Shown: positions 10,212 through 20,916 of the stretch, piece after piece
Position numbering within the stretch: position 1 is the first letter of the stretch
Layout of the letters: every line of letters starts with the position of its first letter
Assembly: GCA_947631385.1 (NCBI GenBank)
Contig: CANRLE010000001.1
Coordinates: 847 to 64,846, forward strand
Direction: 5' to 3'
From: an uncultured Clostridia bacterium
Lineage (GTDB): Bacteria; Bacillota; Clostridia; TANB77; CAG-508
DNA: 64,000 bases
Position numbers and translations under genes: made by a program
The notes under the pieces: generated by a model
Told to the model about the DNA's origin: nothing
The model's input: the letters and a program-made list of their open reading frames with translations, nothing else
Databases searched by the model: none

Positions 10212-13200
10212 TTATTGATTTATTTGCAAATTTGCTTCAGAATATGTTAAAAAATCTGTAACATCATTTAATATTTGTCTTTCATTCTTACTTTTTAATT
10301 CCAATGTTACCATTGGTTTTATTCCTGCTGAAAATTTAATTTTATTTCCATATTCTTTTACTAAGTCTTGAATATTTAATTCAAATTTATTAGGTTCAAA
10401 TGTAAATGTAACAGCTGTATTTTTGCTTGCAATTTTACTAATTTTCATTTTCTTTGCTAAACACTTAATTCTACTAATTGCAATTAAATTTTCTAATTCT
10501 GGTGGCATATCACCAAATCTATCTATGATTTCATCAGTTATATCTTGGATATCTTTTTCATTTTTACATAAAGCAATTTTTTGATATATTTCAATTTTTT
10601 GATTTGCATCAGCTATGTACTCATCTGGTATATAACTTGTTACATTTAAGTCAATTTGAATATCTATTTCTGGCTGAATATCAATTCCTTTCATTTCTTT
10701 TACTACTTCATCCAATAAATAGCAATAAGTATCATACCCAACCTGTTCTAAATGACCTGATTGAATTTCTCCAAGCAAACTTCCTGCCCCTCGAATTTCT
10801 AAATCTCTCATTGCAATTTTAAAACCAGAACCAAATTCAGTAAATTCTTTAATTGCTCTTAATCTCTTATCTGCCACTTCTGTCAATAATTTGTCCTTCT
10901 TGTAAGTAATATAAGCATATGCTTGCCTATCTGCTCTTCCAACTCTACCTCTAATTTGATATAATTGTGCAAGCCCCATTCTATCTGCATTTTCTACAAT
11001 AATTGTATTAGCATTTGGAATGTCAATTCCAGATTCTAATATTGTTGTACAAACTAATACATTTGTCTTTCCTTCAATAAATTCTTTCATGATTTCTTCT
11101 ATTCTTGTTCCAGTCATTTGACCATGTGCATATACTACTTTTGCCTCTGGCACTAATCTTGCTATATCATCTGCTTTTTTTTGAATTCCTTCAACATTAT
11201 TAAACAAATAAAATACCTGTCCATTTCTTTCTAATTCCTTAGTAATTGCCTCTTTTATCACTTCTTTATCATATTCTAATACATAAGTCTGCACAGGTTT
11301 TCTATTATGTGGTGGTTCATAAATTACTGACATATCTCGAATTCCTACAATAGACATATGCATAGTTCTTGGAATTGGAGTAGCTGTCATTGTTAAAACA
11401 TCAACATTTGTTTTCCATTGTTTTATTTTTTCTTTATCTTTAACTCCAAATCGATGTTCTTCGTCCACAATTAATAATCCTAAATCCTTAAATTCTACAT
11501 CTTTACTTAAAATTCTATGTGTACCAATAACAATATCGACTTCACCTAATTTTAATTTTTGTATTACTTCTTCTTGATATTTTTTGCTTTTAAATCTATT
11601 TAGAATTTCTACTTTGATAGGAAAATCTTTCATTCTTTCTTTAAATTCTTGATATTGCTGTTCTGCAAGAACTGTTGTGGGTGCTAAATATGCAACTTGC
11701 TTTTGATCCATTACTGCTTTAAAAGCTGCTCGTAGAGCTACTTCTGTCTTTCCATATCCAACGTCCCCACATAATAATCTATCCATTGGTTTAGCTATTT
11801 CCATATCTTTTTTTACTTCTTCTATACAACGCAATTGGTCATCTGTTTCTTGGTATGGAAATTTAGCCTCAAACTCATTTTGCCAAGGTGTGTCTTTGCT
11901 AAAAGCAAATCCTTGAACTCTTTCTCTTTTGGCATATAGCTCAATTAATTCTTTGGCTACTTCTCTCAAGTTATTTTTTACTTTTGTCTTTGTGTTTTCC
12001 CACTCTTTGCTTCCTAGACGATTAATTTTTGGTTGGATTGCATCTCCACCAATATATTTTCTAATAGAATCTAAGTCACTTGTTGGAATATAGAGTACAT
12101 CATCATTTTTGTATTTAATTTTTATATAATCTTTTATTGTTCCATCTGCTTTTATTGTGTTTACACCAATATATATACCAATTCCATACCTTCTATGAAC
12201 AACGTAATCTCCTATCTTTAAATCTGCAAATACAACTTTTTCGCCTTCTTTAAAGTCTTGATTTGTTACTCTTCTTTTTTTCTTTTCACCATCAATTAAA
12301 TCATCTGCTACAATAACTAATTCATTTAAGTCATGAAGTTCAAAACCTGCTGATAATGTTCCTACTGTAATTGTTACAATTGCTTCATTAGCTTTTACAA
12401 TAATTGTTTGATTTAATTTTTCTTCTATTTTATTTATAATGTTTTTTTCATTTAACAATGCTTGTAGTCTTCTTGCCTTATCTTTATTAGATACTAATAA
12501 ATAGATTTTCTTTTTCTCTTTGATTGCTTTTTGTAAATCTTCTATTAAATTTTCTACTTCACTTTTATAATAATTAATGTCCCTATACGAAAAATGATAT
12601 GTCTCCATAGAAAGCTTTTGAACTAAATCTTGTTTTTCAATATATATTCTCTGCATTAGTTCCAATTTTTCTTCTATATCTTCATATGACATTAAATTTT
12701 CAATAGCCTCTGGTATTATTTTTTCCTTTTCAACTAACGCTTTTATTAAATTTTTATTATCAATAGCAATATTATTGGCTCTTTGTTTTATTTTTCCAAT
12801 TTCATCTAAAAATATGCAATAATTATTTGATAAATAATCTAAGATTGTTTCTTGTTCTTCATAAAAGCAGTCAAAATATTTATCTATTTTACTAATATAA
12901 TTTCCTGCTTTAATTTGTTCGATATCTTCATCACTATGTTCTACTTGTTGTATTTTTTTGCAAATATTTTCAATTGAATTTTCCAAAATATATTCATGTG
13001 CTGGATATATAGTAGCTTTTTCCAATGTTTGAATTGACCTTTGTGTTATAATATTGAATTTTCTAATAGAGTCTACTTCATCACCCCAAAATTCAATTCT
13101 AATTCCTGTATTTTCACCTGTAGCAATATCAACAATTCCTCCTCTAATAGAGAATTGCCCTCTTCCTTCTATTAAGTCATATCTTGCATAACCTAATTTT

Positions 13201-13667
13201 ATAAGTTTTTTCTTGATATCTTCTAGTGAGTAAATGTCCCCTACTTTAAAATTTAATTCATTAGCATATAAGTTTTTTTTGGCTGGTAATTTTTGTGTTA
13301 CCGCTTCTATTGTTGTTACTACTATTAAATTTCTTCTTGCTTGAATTTCATTTAATGCTTCTATCCTATGATATGGAAGCTCTTTGCTTTCTGCAATATA
13401 GTCATATGTTACAATGTCCTTCTTTGGAAAAAATACTACATAATCTGTAAAATATCTAATATCTTGATATAATTTTTTTGCCTGAATTTCATTATATGTT
13501 ATAAAACATATTGGTTTTTTTCCAAATTCATGAATAGCTGTTGCTATTTGTATCATTCCCACGTCAGTTAAGCCCGATATTGCTATCGGACTTGTTTTAT
13601 TTTCGATTTGTTTTAGTAAATCAACAAATTTTGCCGACTTACCTAATTCACCTAATATTGTGTTCAT
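10212..13667 (-). CDS. mfd: Transcription-repair coupling factor Mfd.
   Basis: 1151 aa; UvrB-homology N-terminal region, RNAP-interaction domain, DEEH helicase motifs (LLIVDEEHRFGV), TRG motif. Confidence 0.9.
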   Translation of the reverse strand: MNTILGELGKSAKFVDLLKQIENKTSPIAISGLTDVGMIQIATAIHEFGKKPICFITYNEIQAKKLYQDIRYFTDYVVFFPKKDIVTYDYIAESKELPYHRIEALNEIQARRNLIVVTTIEAVTQKLPAKKNLYANELNFKVGDIYSLEDIKKKLIKLGYARYDLIEGRGQFSIRGGIVDIATGENTGIRIEFWGDEVDSIRKFNIITQRSIQTLEKATIYPAHEYILENSIENICKKIQQVEHSDEDIEQIKAGNYISKIDKYFDCFYEEQETILDYLSNNYCIFLDEIGKIKQRANNIAIDNKNLIKALVEKEKIIPEAIENLMSYEDIEEKLELMQRIYIEKQDLVQKLSMETYHFSYRDINYYKSEVENLIEDLQKAIKEKKKIYLLVSNKDKARRLQALLNEKNIINKIEEKLNQTIIVKANEAIVTITVGTLSAGFELHDLNELVIVADDLIDGEKKKRRVTNQDFKEGEKVVFADLKIGDYVVHRRYGIGIYIGVNTIKADGTIKDYIKIKYKNDDVLYIPTSDLDSIRKYIGGDAIQPKINRLGSKEWENTKTKVKNNLREVAKELIELYAKRERVQGFAFSKDTPWQNEFEAKFPYQETDDQLRCIEEVKKDMEIAKPMDRLLCGDVGYGKTEVALRAAFKAVMDQKQVAYLAPTTVLAEQQYQEFKERMKDFPIKVEILNRFKSKKYQEEVIQKLKLGEVDIVIGTHRILSKDVEFKDLGLLIVDEEHRFGVKDKEKIKQWKTNVDVLTMTATPIPRTMHMSIVGIRDMSVIYEPPHNRKPVQTYVLEYDKEVIKEAITKELERNGQVFYLFNNVEGIQKKADDIARLVPEAKVVYAHGQMTGTRIEEIMKEFIEGKTNVLVCTTILESGIDIPNANTIIVENADRMGLAQLYQIRGRVGRADRQAYAYITYKKDKLLTEVADKRLRAIKEFTEFGSGFKIAMRDLEIRGAGSLLGEIQSGHLEQVGYDTYCYLLDEVVKEMKGIDIQPEIDIQIDLNVTSYIPDEYIADANQKIEIYQKIALCKNEKDIQDITDEIIDRFGDMPPELENLIAISRIKCLAKKMKISKIASKNTAVTFTFEPNKFELNIQDLVKEYGNKIKFSAGIKPMVTLELKSKNERQILNDVTDFLTYSEANLQINQ

Positions 13668-13799
13668 TGGTTTCTCCTTTATTTAGAAACTGTTTATTAT
13701 TATACTATATTTTTTAAGAAAAATAAAGAGTTGTTACTAATATTCATGCATATTTTTATAATTTACTTCTATATTTTATATAGAATAACTTTAAAGGAG

Positions 13800-14711
13800 A
13801 TGATTTCAATTTATTCAAATTATCCTGAATATCCTTATATTGGATTTAAAGACGAAAATTTGAAAACCCCTCTTACCTTTCCTAAACAGCACCAAGATGT
13901 ACAACCTGGTATGGAATACCTTATGAAACCTCTTCCTATTTTTGATAATCCAAATTACGTTCCTAGTGGCAAATTGCAAGACAAAGTTGTTATTATTTCT
14001 GGAGGAGATAGTGGTATTGGTAGAGCTATTTCATTTTTATTTGCAAAAGAAGGTGCTGATATTGTTATCAGTTATTTAAATGAGCAAGAAGATGCTAATT
14101 ATACAAAACAATTAGTTGAAAGCTGTGGTCGTCGCTGTCTTTTAATTCCTGGGGATTTAAGAGATGAACAACTTTCTCATTACATCGCACAAAGTACAAT
14201 TAATTACTTTGGTAAAATTGATGTTCTTATTAATAATTGTGGTGTTCAATTCCCTCAAAATAGTATTTTAGATATTACTAGTAAACAACTTCATGATACT
14301 TTTGAGACAAATATCTTTTCTTTCTTTTATTTAACTAAAGCTGTTTTACCATATCTTGAAGCTAATAGTAGTATTATTAATACCACTTCTATTACTGCAT
14401 ATGCTGGAAAAAAGAATTTAATTGATTATTCTAGTACAAAAGGAGCAATATCTGTATTTACTAAATCTCTATCTCTTTCTCTTGCTGATCAAAAAATACG
14501 AGTTAATGCAGTTGCACCCGGACCAATTTGGACTCCTCTTATTCCGTCTTCTTTTTCTGAGGAAGAAGTAGAAGTTTTTGGTACAGACACTCCTTTAAAA
14601 CGTGCTGGGCAACCTTTTGAAGTTGCTCCTGCTTATTTGTATCTTGCTAGTGATGATTCTCGCTATGTTACAGGTCAAGTCATTCATGTAAATGGTGGAA
14701 CCATTGTTTGA
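13800..14711 (+). CDS. SDR-family oxidoreductase (YhdF/YghA-like general stress type).
   Basis: GGDSGIGRA Rossmann motif, NNCG, active-site Y/K. The N-terminal FPKQHQDVQPGMEYLMKPLPIFDNP region is typical of YhdF. The start is uncertain: the ATG at 13800 lies immediately after the GGAG with no spacer, so the RBS is poorly placed. Confidence 0.75.
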   Translation: MISIYSNYPEYPYIGFKDENLKTPLTFPKQHQDVQPGMEYLMKPLPIFDNPNYVPSGKLQDKVVIISGGDSGIGRAISFLFAKEGADIVISYLNEQEDANYTKQLVESCGRRCLLIPGDLRDEQLSHYIAQSTINYFGKIDVLINNCGVQFPQNSILDITSKQLHDTFETNIFSFFYLTKAVLPYLEANSSIINTTSITAYAGKKNLIDYSSTKGAISVFTKSLSLSLADQKIRVNAVAPGPIWTPLIPSSFSEEEVEVFGTDTPLKRAGQPFEVAPAYLYLASDDSRYVTGQVIHVNGGTIV

Positions 14712-14736
14712 TTTTTGTGTTAATATATGTTATAAT
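14708..14736 (+). promoter_or_regulatory. Sigma-A-type promoter with an extended -10 (TTGATT - 17 nt - TGTTATAAT) driving the small GC-rich transcript.
   Basis: Hexamer spacing and the TGn extended -10 read directly from the sequence. Confidence 0.45.
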
Positions 14737-14795
14737 ATATTTGCAACTGAAAATTCAGCATAAGTCCATTTGAAGAATGGCGAAAGGAGAAATTT

Positions 14796-14990
14796 ATGAC
14801 GTGTACAGTTCATGTCCCAAGCCTAAAATCTCATAATATATTTTGCAATCAATGCAAAGGGAAGAATTTGCGCCAAGGGGATCCACCAGCTACGCAAGCT
14901 GCGGCGAAAGGTCAGTTTGGGATAATACCAAACAACTGTGTATCTGGAAGCACAGGGCAGGTATACTGCCCCTATGCAAAAAGGGACTAA
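14796..14990 (+). CDS. Small Cys-rich protein (64 aa, 5 Cys), unknown family. Alternatively part of a structured sRNA.
   Basis: Strong RBS AAAGGAG 7 nt before the ATG, own promoter, immediately followed by an intrinsic terminator. Local GC is much higher than the surroundings. Confidence 0.3.
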   Translation: MTCTVHVPSLKSHNIFCNQCKGKNLRQGDPPATQAAAKGQFGIIPNNCVSGSTGQVYCPYAKRD

Positions 14991-14995
14991 GCATT

Positions 14996-15036
14996 ATAGG
15001 GCATTGATTTGTTTCAATGCCCTATCTCCTTTATTT
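14996..15036. terminator. Intrinsic terminator (tagggcattga...tcaatgcccta followed by a T-run), shared by the small transcript (+) and topB (-).
   Basis: 11-bp perfect stem, then tctcctttatttttac. Confidence 0.7.
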
Positions 15037-16950
15037 TTACATCTTTATTACCAGTTTATCAAATTTATTATTAATATAATTTTTCAATTTATTCATAAAT
15101 ACATCAGGTTCAATTTCCTTTTTTGCTACCATATCTAAACCTTTTTCCCAGCTAGCAGTAAGTTTAGGATTTAGCATATCTGGCATTGATTGATACACAA
15201 TATCATAAATATTTTCACCTTTTTGAGTTGGTGTAATAATTTGAGTTTTAGTATTAATTTCAATATATCTAATCTTTTCTAATTTTTTCATTATTTCAGC
15301 TCTTGTAGCACTTGTTCCTATCCCAGCACCTTTAATTTGCTCTCTTAGCTCTTCCTCTTCTATCAGTTTACCTGCATTTTCCATTGCTAAAATAATAGAA
15401 CCAGAATTATACCTAGATGGTGGTGATGTTTCTGCATCCTTGATTTCGAAATTCTTTACCTCCAATTTCTGCCCTTTTTTTAATGCTTTTAAAATATCTA
15501 GGTTATTATCTTCTTTTTCATTTTCTGCTGATTTTGGTTTCAATATTTCTAAAAATCCTTCTTTTGTACAAACCTTTCCATTACAATAAAAGGTCTCATT
15601 ATCAATTCCTATTGTTACTTGTATTTTACTATATTCGGCTGGTGGATAAAAAATTGCAAGAAATCTTTTTACAATTACTTTATAAATTCGTTTTTGTAAA
15701 TCCGGTAATGCTTGATAATTCTCGTATCCTTGCCCTGTCGGAATAATAGCATAATGGTCTGTAATTTTACTATCATTAACATACTTCGTTTTTATTAAAT
15801 TAGTAGAATATTTCTCTTCCACCATTTTTTTGATATATCCTTGCACTTCTTCATCCTTATATCCTCTTGCAATACCATTCAAGTTCTTACTAATTTCCTT
15901 CGCAACAGCTGTAGAAAGAACTCTACTATCAGTCCTTGGATATGTAACTAATTTCTTTTCATATAAATTTTGAATTATTTCTAGAGTTTCATCAGGTTTT
16001 ATTTTAAATCTTTTTGTACATTCATTTTGAATTTCTGCTAGATTGAATAAAAGTGGTGCATTTTCTTTTTGTTTCGACTTTTTTAATTCTGTTATTATTG
16101 CTTCCTTTCCCGCTAAACTTGCTATAAACTCTTTTGCATCTTCTTCTTTTTTTAAACCTGTTTCATTATACAATTTAATTGATTCATACAATTTAGATTT
16201 TTCATTAACTTTCCATTCTGCCTTAAAAGACTCTTTTTCTTCAATAAATTCAGCTAAGATTTTATAATATTTAGTTTTTACAAAATTTCTAATTTCTCTT
16301 TCCCTTTGTACAATCATGCCTAGCACACATGTCATCACTCTTCCAACTGATATAGAAGCCTTTTCTTCTTGAATACTTTGAGCCAATCTTCTTCCATAAA
16401 TAATAGACAATAATCTTGAAAAATTAATGCCAATAAGGTAATCCTCTTTTGCCCTTAAATAAGCACTATCAGACAAACTATCATACTCTGATAAATCTTT
16501 AGCTTCGCGAATTCCTCTCAAAATTTCCTCTTCAGTTTGAGAATCAATCCACACTCTCTTCATTTTAGCATTTGGATTTGGCTTTGCCATCATAAAAACT
16601 AATCTTTGAATATACTCTCCTTCACGTCCAGAGTCCCCTGCATTATATATTTCTTCTATATCTTCTCTTTGCATAAGCTCTTTTACAATTTGGAATTGAT
16701 TTTGTACTGCTGGAATGATTTCATATTTCCATTCCTCTGGAATAAATGGCAATGTTTCTAATCTCCATAATTTTAACTTTTCATCATATTTTTCAGGATA
16801 GCTCATAGTTACTAAATGACCTACACACCAAGTAATAATCCATTCTTGCGATTCTAAATATCCATTTTTACGATTAGTTGTTATTTTTAATGCTTTAGCA
16901 AATTCCATAGCTACTGATGGTTTTTCTGTTATTAATAATTTTTTGCTCAA
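15037..16950 (-). CDS. topB: DNA topoisomerase III.
   Basis: 637 aa; Toprim N-terminus (LLITEKPSVA), topo IA core. Confidence 0.85.
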   Translation of the reverse strand: MSKKLLITEKPSVAMEFAKALKITTNRKNGYLESQEWIITWCVGHLVTMSYPEKYDEKLKLWRLETLPFIPEEWKYEIIPAVQNQFQIVKELMQREDIEEIYNAGDSGREGEYIQRLVFMMAKPNPNAKMKRVWIDSQTEEEILRGIREAKDLSEYDSLSDSAYLRAKEDYLIGINFSRLLSIIYGRRLAQSIQEEKASISVGRVMTCVLGMIVQREREIRNFVKTKYYKILAEFIEEKESFKAEWKVNEKSKLYESIKLYNETGLKKEEDAKEFIASLAGKEAIITELKKSKQKENAPLLFNLAEIQNECTKRFKIKPDETLEIIQNLYEKKLVTYPRTDSRVLSTAVAKEISKNLNGIARGYKDEEVQGYIKKMVEEKYSTNLIKTKYVNDSKITDHYAIIPTGQGYENYQALPDLQKRIYKVIVKRFLAIFYPPAEYSKIQVTIGIDNETFYCNGKVCTKEGFLEILKPKSAENEKEDNNLDILKALKKGQKLEVKNFEIKDAETSPPSRYNSGSIILAMENAGKLIEEEELREQIKGAGIGTSATRAEIMKKLEKIRYIEINTKTQIITPTQKGENIYDIVYQSMPDMLNPKLTASWEKGLDMVAKKEIEPDVFMNKLKNYINNKFDKLVIKM

Positions 16951-17780
16951 TTTACTGTTCCTTTCAATTTTTCTTCTATATATTCATTTGCTATTTTTTT
17001 AACTTCTTGCATTTTTTCTTTTGTTTCAGGTATCTGATAATTAAATCTATCAATCATTTTACTTACATTATCATTTTCTTTTAAAATTTGTAAACTGCAT
17101 AAAAAGTTTATATCAAAAACAAAAGAAGTAAATCTTAAAATTTGATCAGCTTCACTAATGCTATTTCGATTATCTGTTAATTTATGAGCATAAAAATCTT
17201 CTAACATTTTTTCAGACAATCTTCCTTCTTCTACAAGACTCTTTCTTTCTGGTTCTTGCCAATATTTGAAAACAGCTTCATAAATAAGGTCTATTTTATC
17301 AGCATCTTTTATAATTTTACAAAACAATTCTGTTTCTTCTGGTAATCCTTGTGGCAATTGATATTTATTATGTTCATAAATAGCTTTATAAATAATTTCA
17401 TCGTAATTACTATCTTCAATATAGCTTCTAATATAATTATCCTTTTTTAAAACTTCTACTCCTGCTTCACCATGGTCAAATTTTTGACCAGAAACTTTTA
17501 TTTTATATTGTTCAAATCGTCCTATATCATGTAGTAATCCTATTAATTCTGCTAATTGAATTTTTTCTTCTGGCAAACCTAATTTCATTGCTATAGTCTT
17601 GCTTATACCTGCTACGCGGTACATGTGCATTTTTTTATTAGGCACTTTAAAGTCATCTAATGCTAATTGGTTAATATGATTTTCAAATTCCTTTTTTGCT
17701 TTTTCTATATTTATCATCTCGTACACCTCGACTTGCATTGTACCATTTTTATTTTCTAAATTCAAGTTACTATTTATCAT
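16947..17780 (-). CDS. HD-domain phosphohydrolase.
   Basis: H...HD motif ([11 protein letters not shown]). Confidence 0.7.
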   Translation of the reverse strand: MINSNLNLENKNGTMQVEVYEMINIEKAKKEFENHINQLALDDFKVPNKKMHMYRVAGISKTIAMKLGLPEEKIQLAELIGLLHDIGRFEQYKIKVSGQKFDHGEAGVEVLKKDNYIRSYIEDSNYDEIIYKAIYEHNKYQLPQGLPEETELFCKIIKDADKIDLIYEAVFKYWQEPERKSLVEEGRLSEKMLEDFYAHKLTDNRNSISEADQILRFTSFVFDINFLCSLQILKENDNVSKMIDRFNYQIPETKEKMQEVKKIANEYIEEKLKGTVN

Positions 17781-17788
17781 AATATTGC

Positions 17789-17817
17789 TTGAAATTTCAA
17801 CAATTTTATTATATAAT
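17789..17817 (+). promoter_or_regulatory. Putative leuS promoter (TTGAAA - 17 nt - TATAAT).
   Basis: Hexamers read from the sequence. Only about 36 nt of leader before the ATG. Confidence 0.4.
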
Positions 17818-17859
17818 ACAAAAAACTTAATTAAAATTAATGAAAGGGGTTATCATCTT

Positions 17860-20250
17860 ATGGAATACAAATTTAATGAAATCGAAAAAAAATGGCAAGA
17901 TTACTGGGATAAAAATAAAACATTTTACACTGATGTATGGGATTTTTCAAAGCCAAAATTCTATGCTTTAGACATGTTTCCTTATCCTTCTGGTCAAGGA
18001 CTACACGTAGGACATCCAGAAGGATATACAGCAACAGACATAATGTCTAGAATGAAAAGAATGCAAGGATATAATGTTTTACATCCAATGGGATGGGATG
18101 CTTTTGGTCTTCCTGCAGAACAATATGCAATAAAAAATGGAAATCACCCAGCTGGATTTACAAAAAATAATATTGCTACATTTAAAAGGCAATTAAAAAT
18201 GCTTGGATTTTCATTTGATTGGGACAAAGAAATTTCTACCTGTGATCCAGATTTTTACAAATGGACACAATGGATTTTTAAGCAATTATTTAAAGACGGG
18301 CTTGCTAAATTAATAGAAATGCCTGTTAACTGGTGTGAAGAGCTAGGATGTGTTTTATCTAACGATGAGGTCATCAATGGAAAAAGTGAAAGAGGTGGAT
18401 TTCCTGTTGTCCGCAAAAACATGAAACAATGGGTTTTAGACATTCCAAAATACGCAGACATTTTATTAGACGGTTTAGATGATATTGATTGGCCTGAATC
18501 TACTAAAGAAATTCAAAGAAATTGGATTGGTAAATCTGAAGGTGCAGAAGTCATTTTTAAAGTAGCTAATCATGCTAATTTAACATTTACTGTATTTACG
18601 ACAAGACCAGATACTTTATTTGGTGCTACTTATTGCGTTTTAGCTCCAGAATTAGATTTAGTTGAACAAATTACTACACCAGCACAAAAACAAATTGTAG
18701 ATGAATATAAGAAACTAGCATCTAGTAAATCTGATTTAGAGAGAACTGAATTAAACAAAGATAAGACAGGTGTATTTACAGGAAGTTATGCTATAAATCC
18801 TGTTAATGGAAAAGAGATTCCTATTTGGATTTCTGATTATGTTTTAGCCACTTATGGTACAGGATGCATTATGGCTGTTCCTGCACATGATCAAAGAGAC
18901 TATGAATTTGCAACAAAATTTGGTATTGATATTATCCCAGTCTTAAAAGGTGGAGATATTTCAAAAGAAGCATTTACCGAAGATGGATTACACATTAATT
19001 CTGATTTTCTAAATGGATTAAATAAAACAGATGCTATATCAAAAATGATTTCTTGGTTAGAAGAACATCATGTTGGTACTAAAAAAGTCAACTATAAGCT
19101 TCGTGAATGGATTTTTGCAAGACAACGTTATTGGGGTGAGCCAATTCCAATTGTTCACTTAGATAATGAAATGAAAGCTTTGTTAGATAGTGATTTACCA
19201 TTAGTATTACCTGAATTGGAAGATTATGCTCCTTCTAAAACTGGAGCATCTCCACTTGATAAAGCAACTGATTGGGTCAATACAACTTTTGACGGTAAAC
19301 CTGCTAAACGTGAAACTAGTACAATGCCAGGTAGTGCTGGTTCAAGTTGGTATTTCTTAAGATATATCGACCCAAAAAATTCAGATGAACTAGCTAATAA
19401 AAAATTATTAGAACATTGGATGCCAGTTGATTTGTATGTTGGTGGTCCTGAACATGCAGTTGGACATTTATTATACTCTAGATTTTGGAACAACTATTTA
19501 TACAATAAAGGTATTGTTCCCGTTAAAGAACCATTTACTAAACTTCGTCATCAAGGTATGATTTTAGGAACTAATGGCGAAAAAATGAGTAAATCTAAAG
19601 GCAATGTTATCAATCCTGATGACATGGTTAAACAATATGGCGCAGATAGTCTAAGAATTTATGAAATGTTTATGGGTCCAATTGATGCAGCTAAACCTTG
19701 GGATCCAAATGGTATTGATGGTTCTAAGAAATTCTTAGACCGTATTTGGAGATTATATGTTGAATCTGGTAAAATAAAGGATTTGCCAAACAAAAATCTT
19801 GAAAGAGTATATCACTATACTGTTAAAAAAGTTACTAATGACTATGAAACTATGAATTTTAATACTGCAATTTCTCAAATGATGATTTTTATTAATACTG
19901 CTAACAAAGAAGATATCTTACCTCTTTCATATGCAGAAGGCTTTTTGAAATTACTAAATCCAGTTGCACCTCATATTACTGAAGAATTGTGGAATATCTT
20001 AGGACATAATAATACTATCGCTTATGAACCATGGCCTACATATGATGAAGAAAAAACAATAGCAGATGAAATAACATTACCTATTCAATTTAATGGTAAA
20101 TTAAAAATGACAATTCAAATTATCCCTGATGAGGAAGAAAATATTGTGAAACAAAAAGTTCACGAAGCAGTTGATTCTAAATTAGATGGAAAAATAATTG
20201 TAAAAGAAATATATGTAAAAAATAAAATTTATAATATTGTTTTGAAATAA
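17860..20250 (+). CDS. leuS: Leucine--tRNA ligase.
   Basis: HIGH-type motif (P..G.GLHVGHP), KMSKS, and the leucyl-specific and editing domains. Start placed at [13 protein letters not shown] with RBS GAAAGGGG. Confidence 0.9.
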   Translation: MEYKFNEIEKKWQDYWDKNKTFYTDVWDFSKPKFYALDMFPYPSGQGLHVGHPEGYTATDIMSRMKRMQGYNVLHPMGWDAFGLPAEQYAIKNGNHPAGFTKNNIATFKRQLKMLGFSFDWDKEISTCDPDFYKWTQWIFKQLFKDGLAKLIEMPVNWCEELGCVLSNDEVINGKSERGGFPVVRKNMKQWVLDIPKYADILLDGLDDIDWPESTKEIQRNWIGKSEGAEVIFKVANHANLTFTVFTTRPDTLFGATYCVLAPELDLVEQITTPAQKQIVDEYKKLASSKSDLERTELNKDKTGVFTGSYAINPVNGKEIPIWISDYVLATYGTGCIMAVPAHDQRDYEFATKFGIDIIPVLKGGDISKEAFTEDGLHINSDFLNGLNKTDAISKMISWLEEHHVGTKKVNYKLREWIFARQRYWGEPIPIVHLDNEMKALLDSDLPLVLPELEDYAPSKTGASPLDKATDWVNTTFDGKPAKRETSTMPGSAGSSWYFLRYIDPKNSDELANKKLLEHWMPVDLYVGGPEHAVGHLLYSRFWNNYLYNKGIVPVKEPFTKLRHQGMILGTNGEKMSKSKGNVINPDDMVKQYGADSLRIYEMFMGPIDAAKPWDPNGIDGSKKFLDRIWRLYVESGKIKDLPNKNLERVYHYTVKKVTNDYETMNFNTAISQMMIFINTANKEDILPLSYAEGFLKLLNPVAPHITEELWNILGHNNTIAYEPWPTYDEEKTIADEITLPIQFNGKLKMTIQIIPDEEENIVKQKVHEAVDSKLDGKIIVKEIYVKNKIYNIVLK

Positions 20251-20257
20251 TATTCCC

Positions 20258-20302
20258 GCCTAATAGAACTTTTATCATTTCTTGTTCTATTAGGCCTTTT
20301 TT
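20258..20302. terminator. Intrinsic terminator (gcctaatagaac...gttctattaggc followed by ctttttt).
   Basis: 12-bp stem plus T-run. Lies between convergent leuS and the 141-aa coiled-coil gene. Confidence 0.75.
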
Positions 20303-20715
20303 AAATAGTATATTTCGTCATCATGTTTTTGTATTTTTTTTTCACAAAAAGTAATTCTATCTTCTTGTTCTTGTATTTTATCTCCATTTACTGCGAAAGC
20401 ATCAAATAATGCCTGTAATTTTTCTCCATGGTCATGCTCCATTATGATTATACTTCTATTCATATGCTTCATTTCATTCTTAATTTTAACAAATTCTTGT
20501 TCTAATGCTGACATTCTTTGACCTAGTTCCACAATTGATTGTTTCATAATTGGTATTTCTTCAAGTTGTTTCTCTATTTGTGGTATTTTTGCTACTTGTC
20601 TCTGCATGTCAGTCATTTGTTCTTTCATTTCATTCATTTGTTCTTGCATAGTATCTATTTTTACATTAGTTCTTTCAATTGCTGCTAAAATTTCATTTTT
20701 CGCTGAATTATCCAT
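20290..20715 (-). CDS. Hypothetical coiled-coil protein (141 aa).
   Basis: Heptad-rich, Q/E/K/M-rich sequence. No family recognised. Confidence 0.45.
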   Translation of the reverse strand: MDNSAKNEILAAIERTNVKIDTMQEQMNEMKEQMTDMQRQVAKIPQIEKQLEEIPIMKQSIVELGQRMSALEQEFVKIKNEMKHMNRSIIIMEHDHGEKLQALFDAFAVNGDKIQEQEDRITFCEKKIQKHDDEIYYLKKA

Positions 20716-20916
20716 TTTTTACCTCCTTTCTTTATTTATTCAATCGATTGTATTACCATTATACACAGTTAGAACTAATATGTCAAGATAAACTCATTGA
20801 CAAATTTCGACATTTTATTATTTATCATTTTATTACTCACAATTATTGCAAATAATAATATATTATTATAAAATATTCGTATATTAGTTTACAAAAACAA
20901 AGGAGAAAATCAAAAC

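Noticed and set aside
14740-15036. The GC-rich island was compared against SRP RNA, 6S RNA, tmRNA and RNase P RNA.
   Set aside because: GGUCAG and GGAAGCA fragments are present but are separated by about 40 nt, unlike SRP domain IV. There is no tmRNA tag-peptide or CCA-acceptor features, and it is too short for RNase P. No known RNA family could be supported from the sequence alone.
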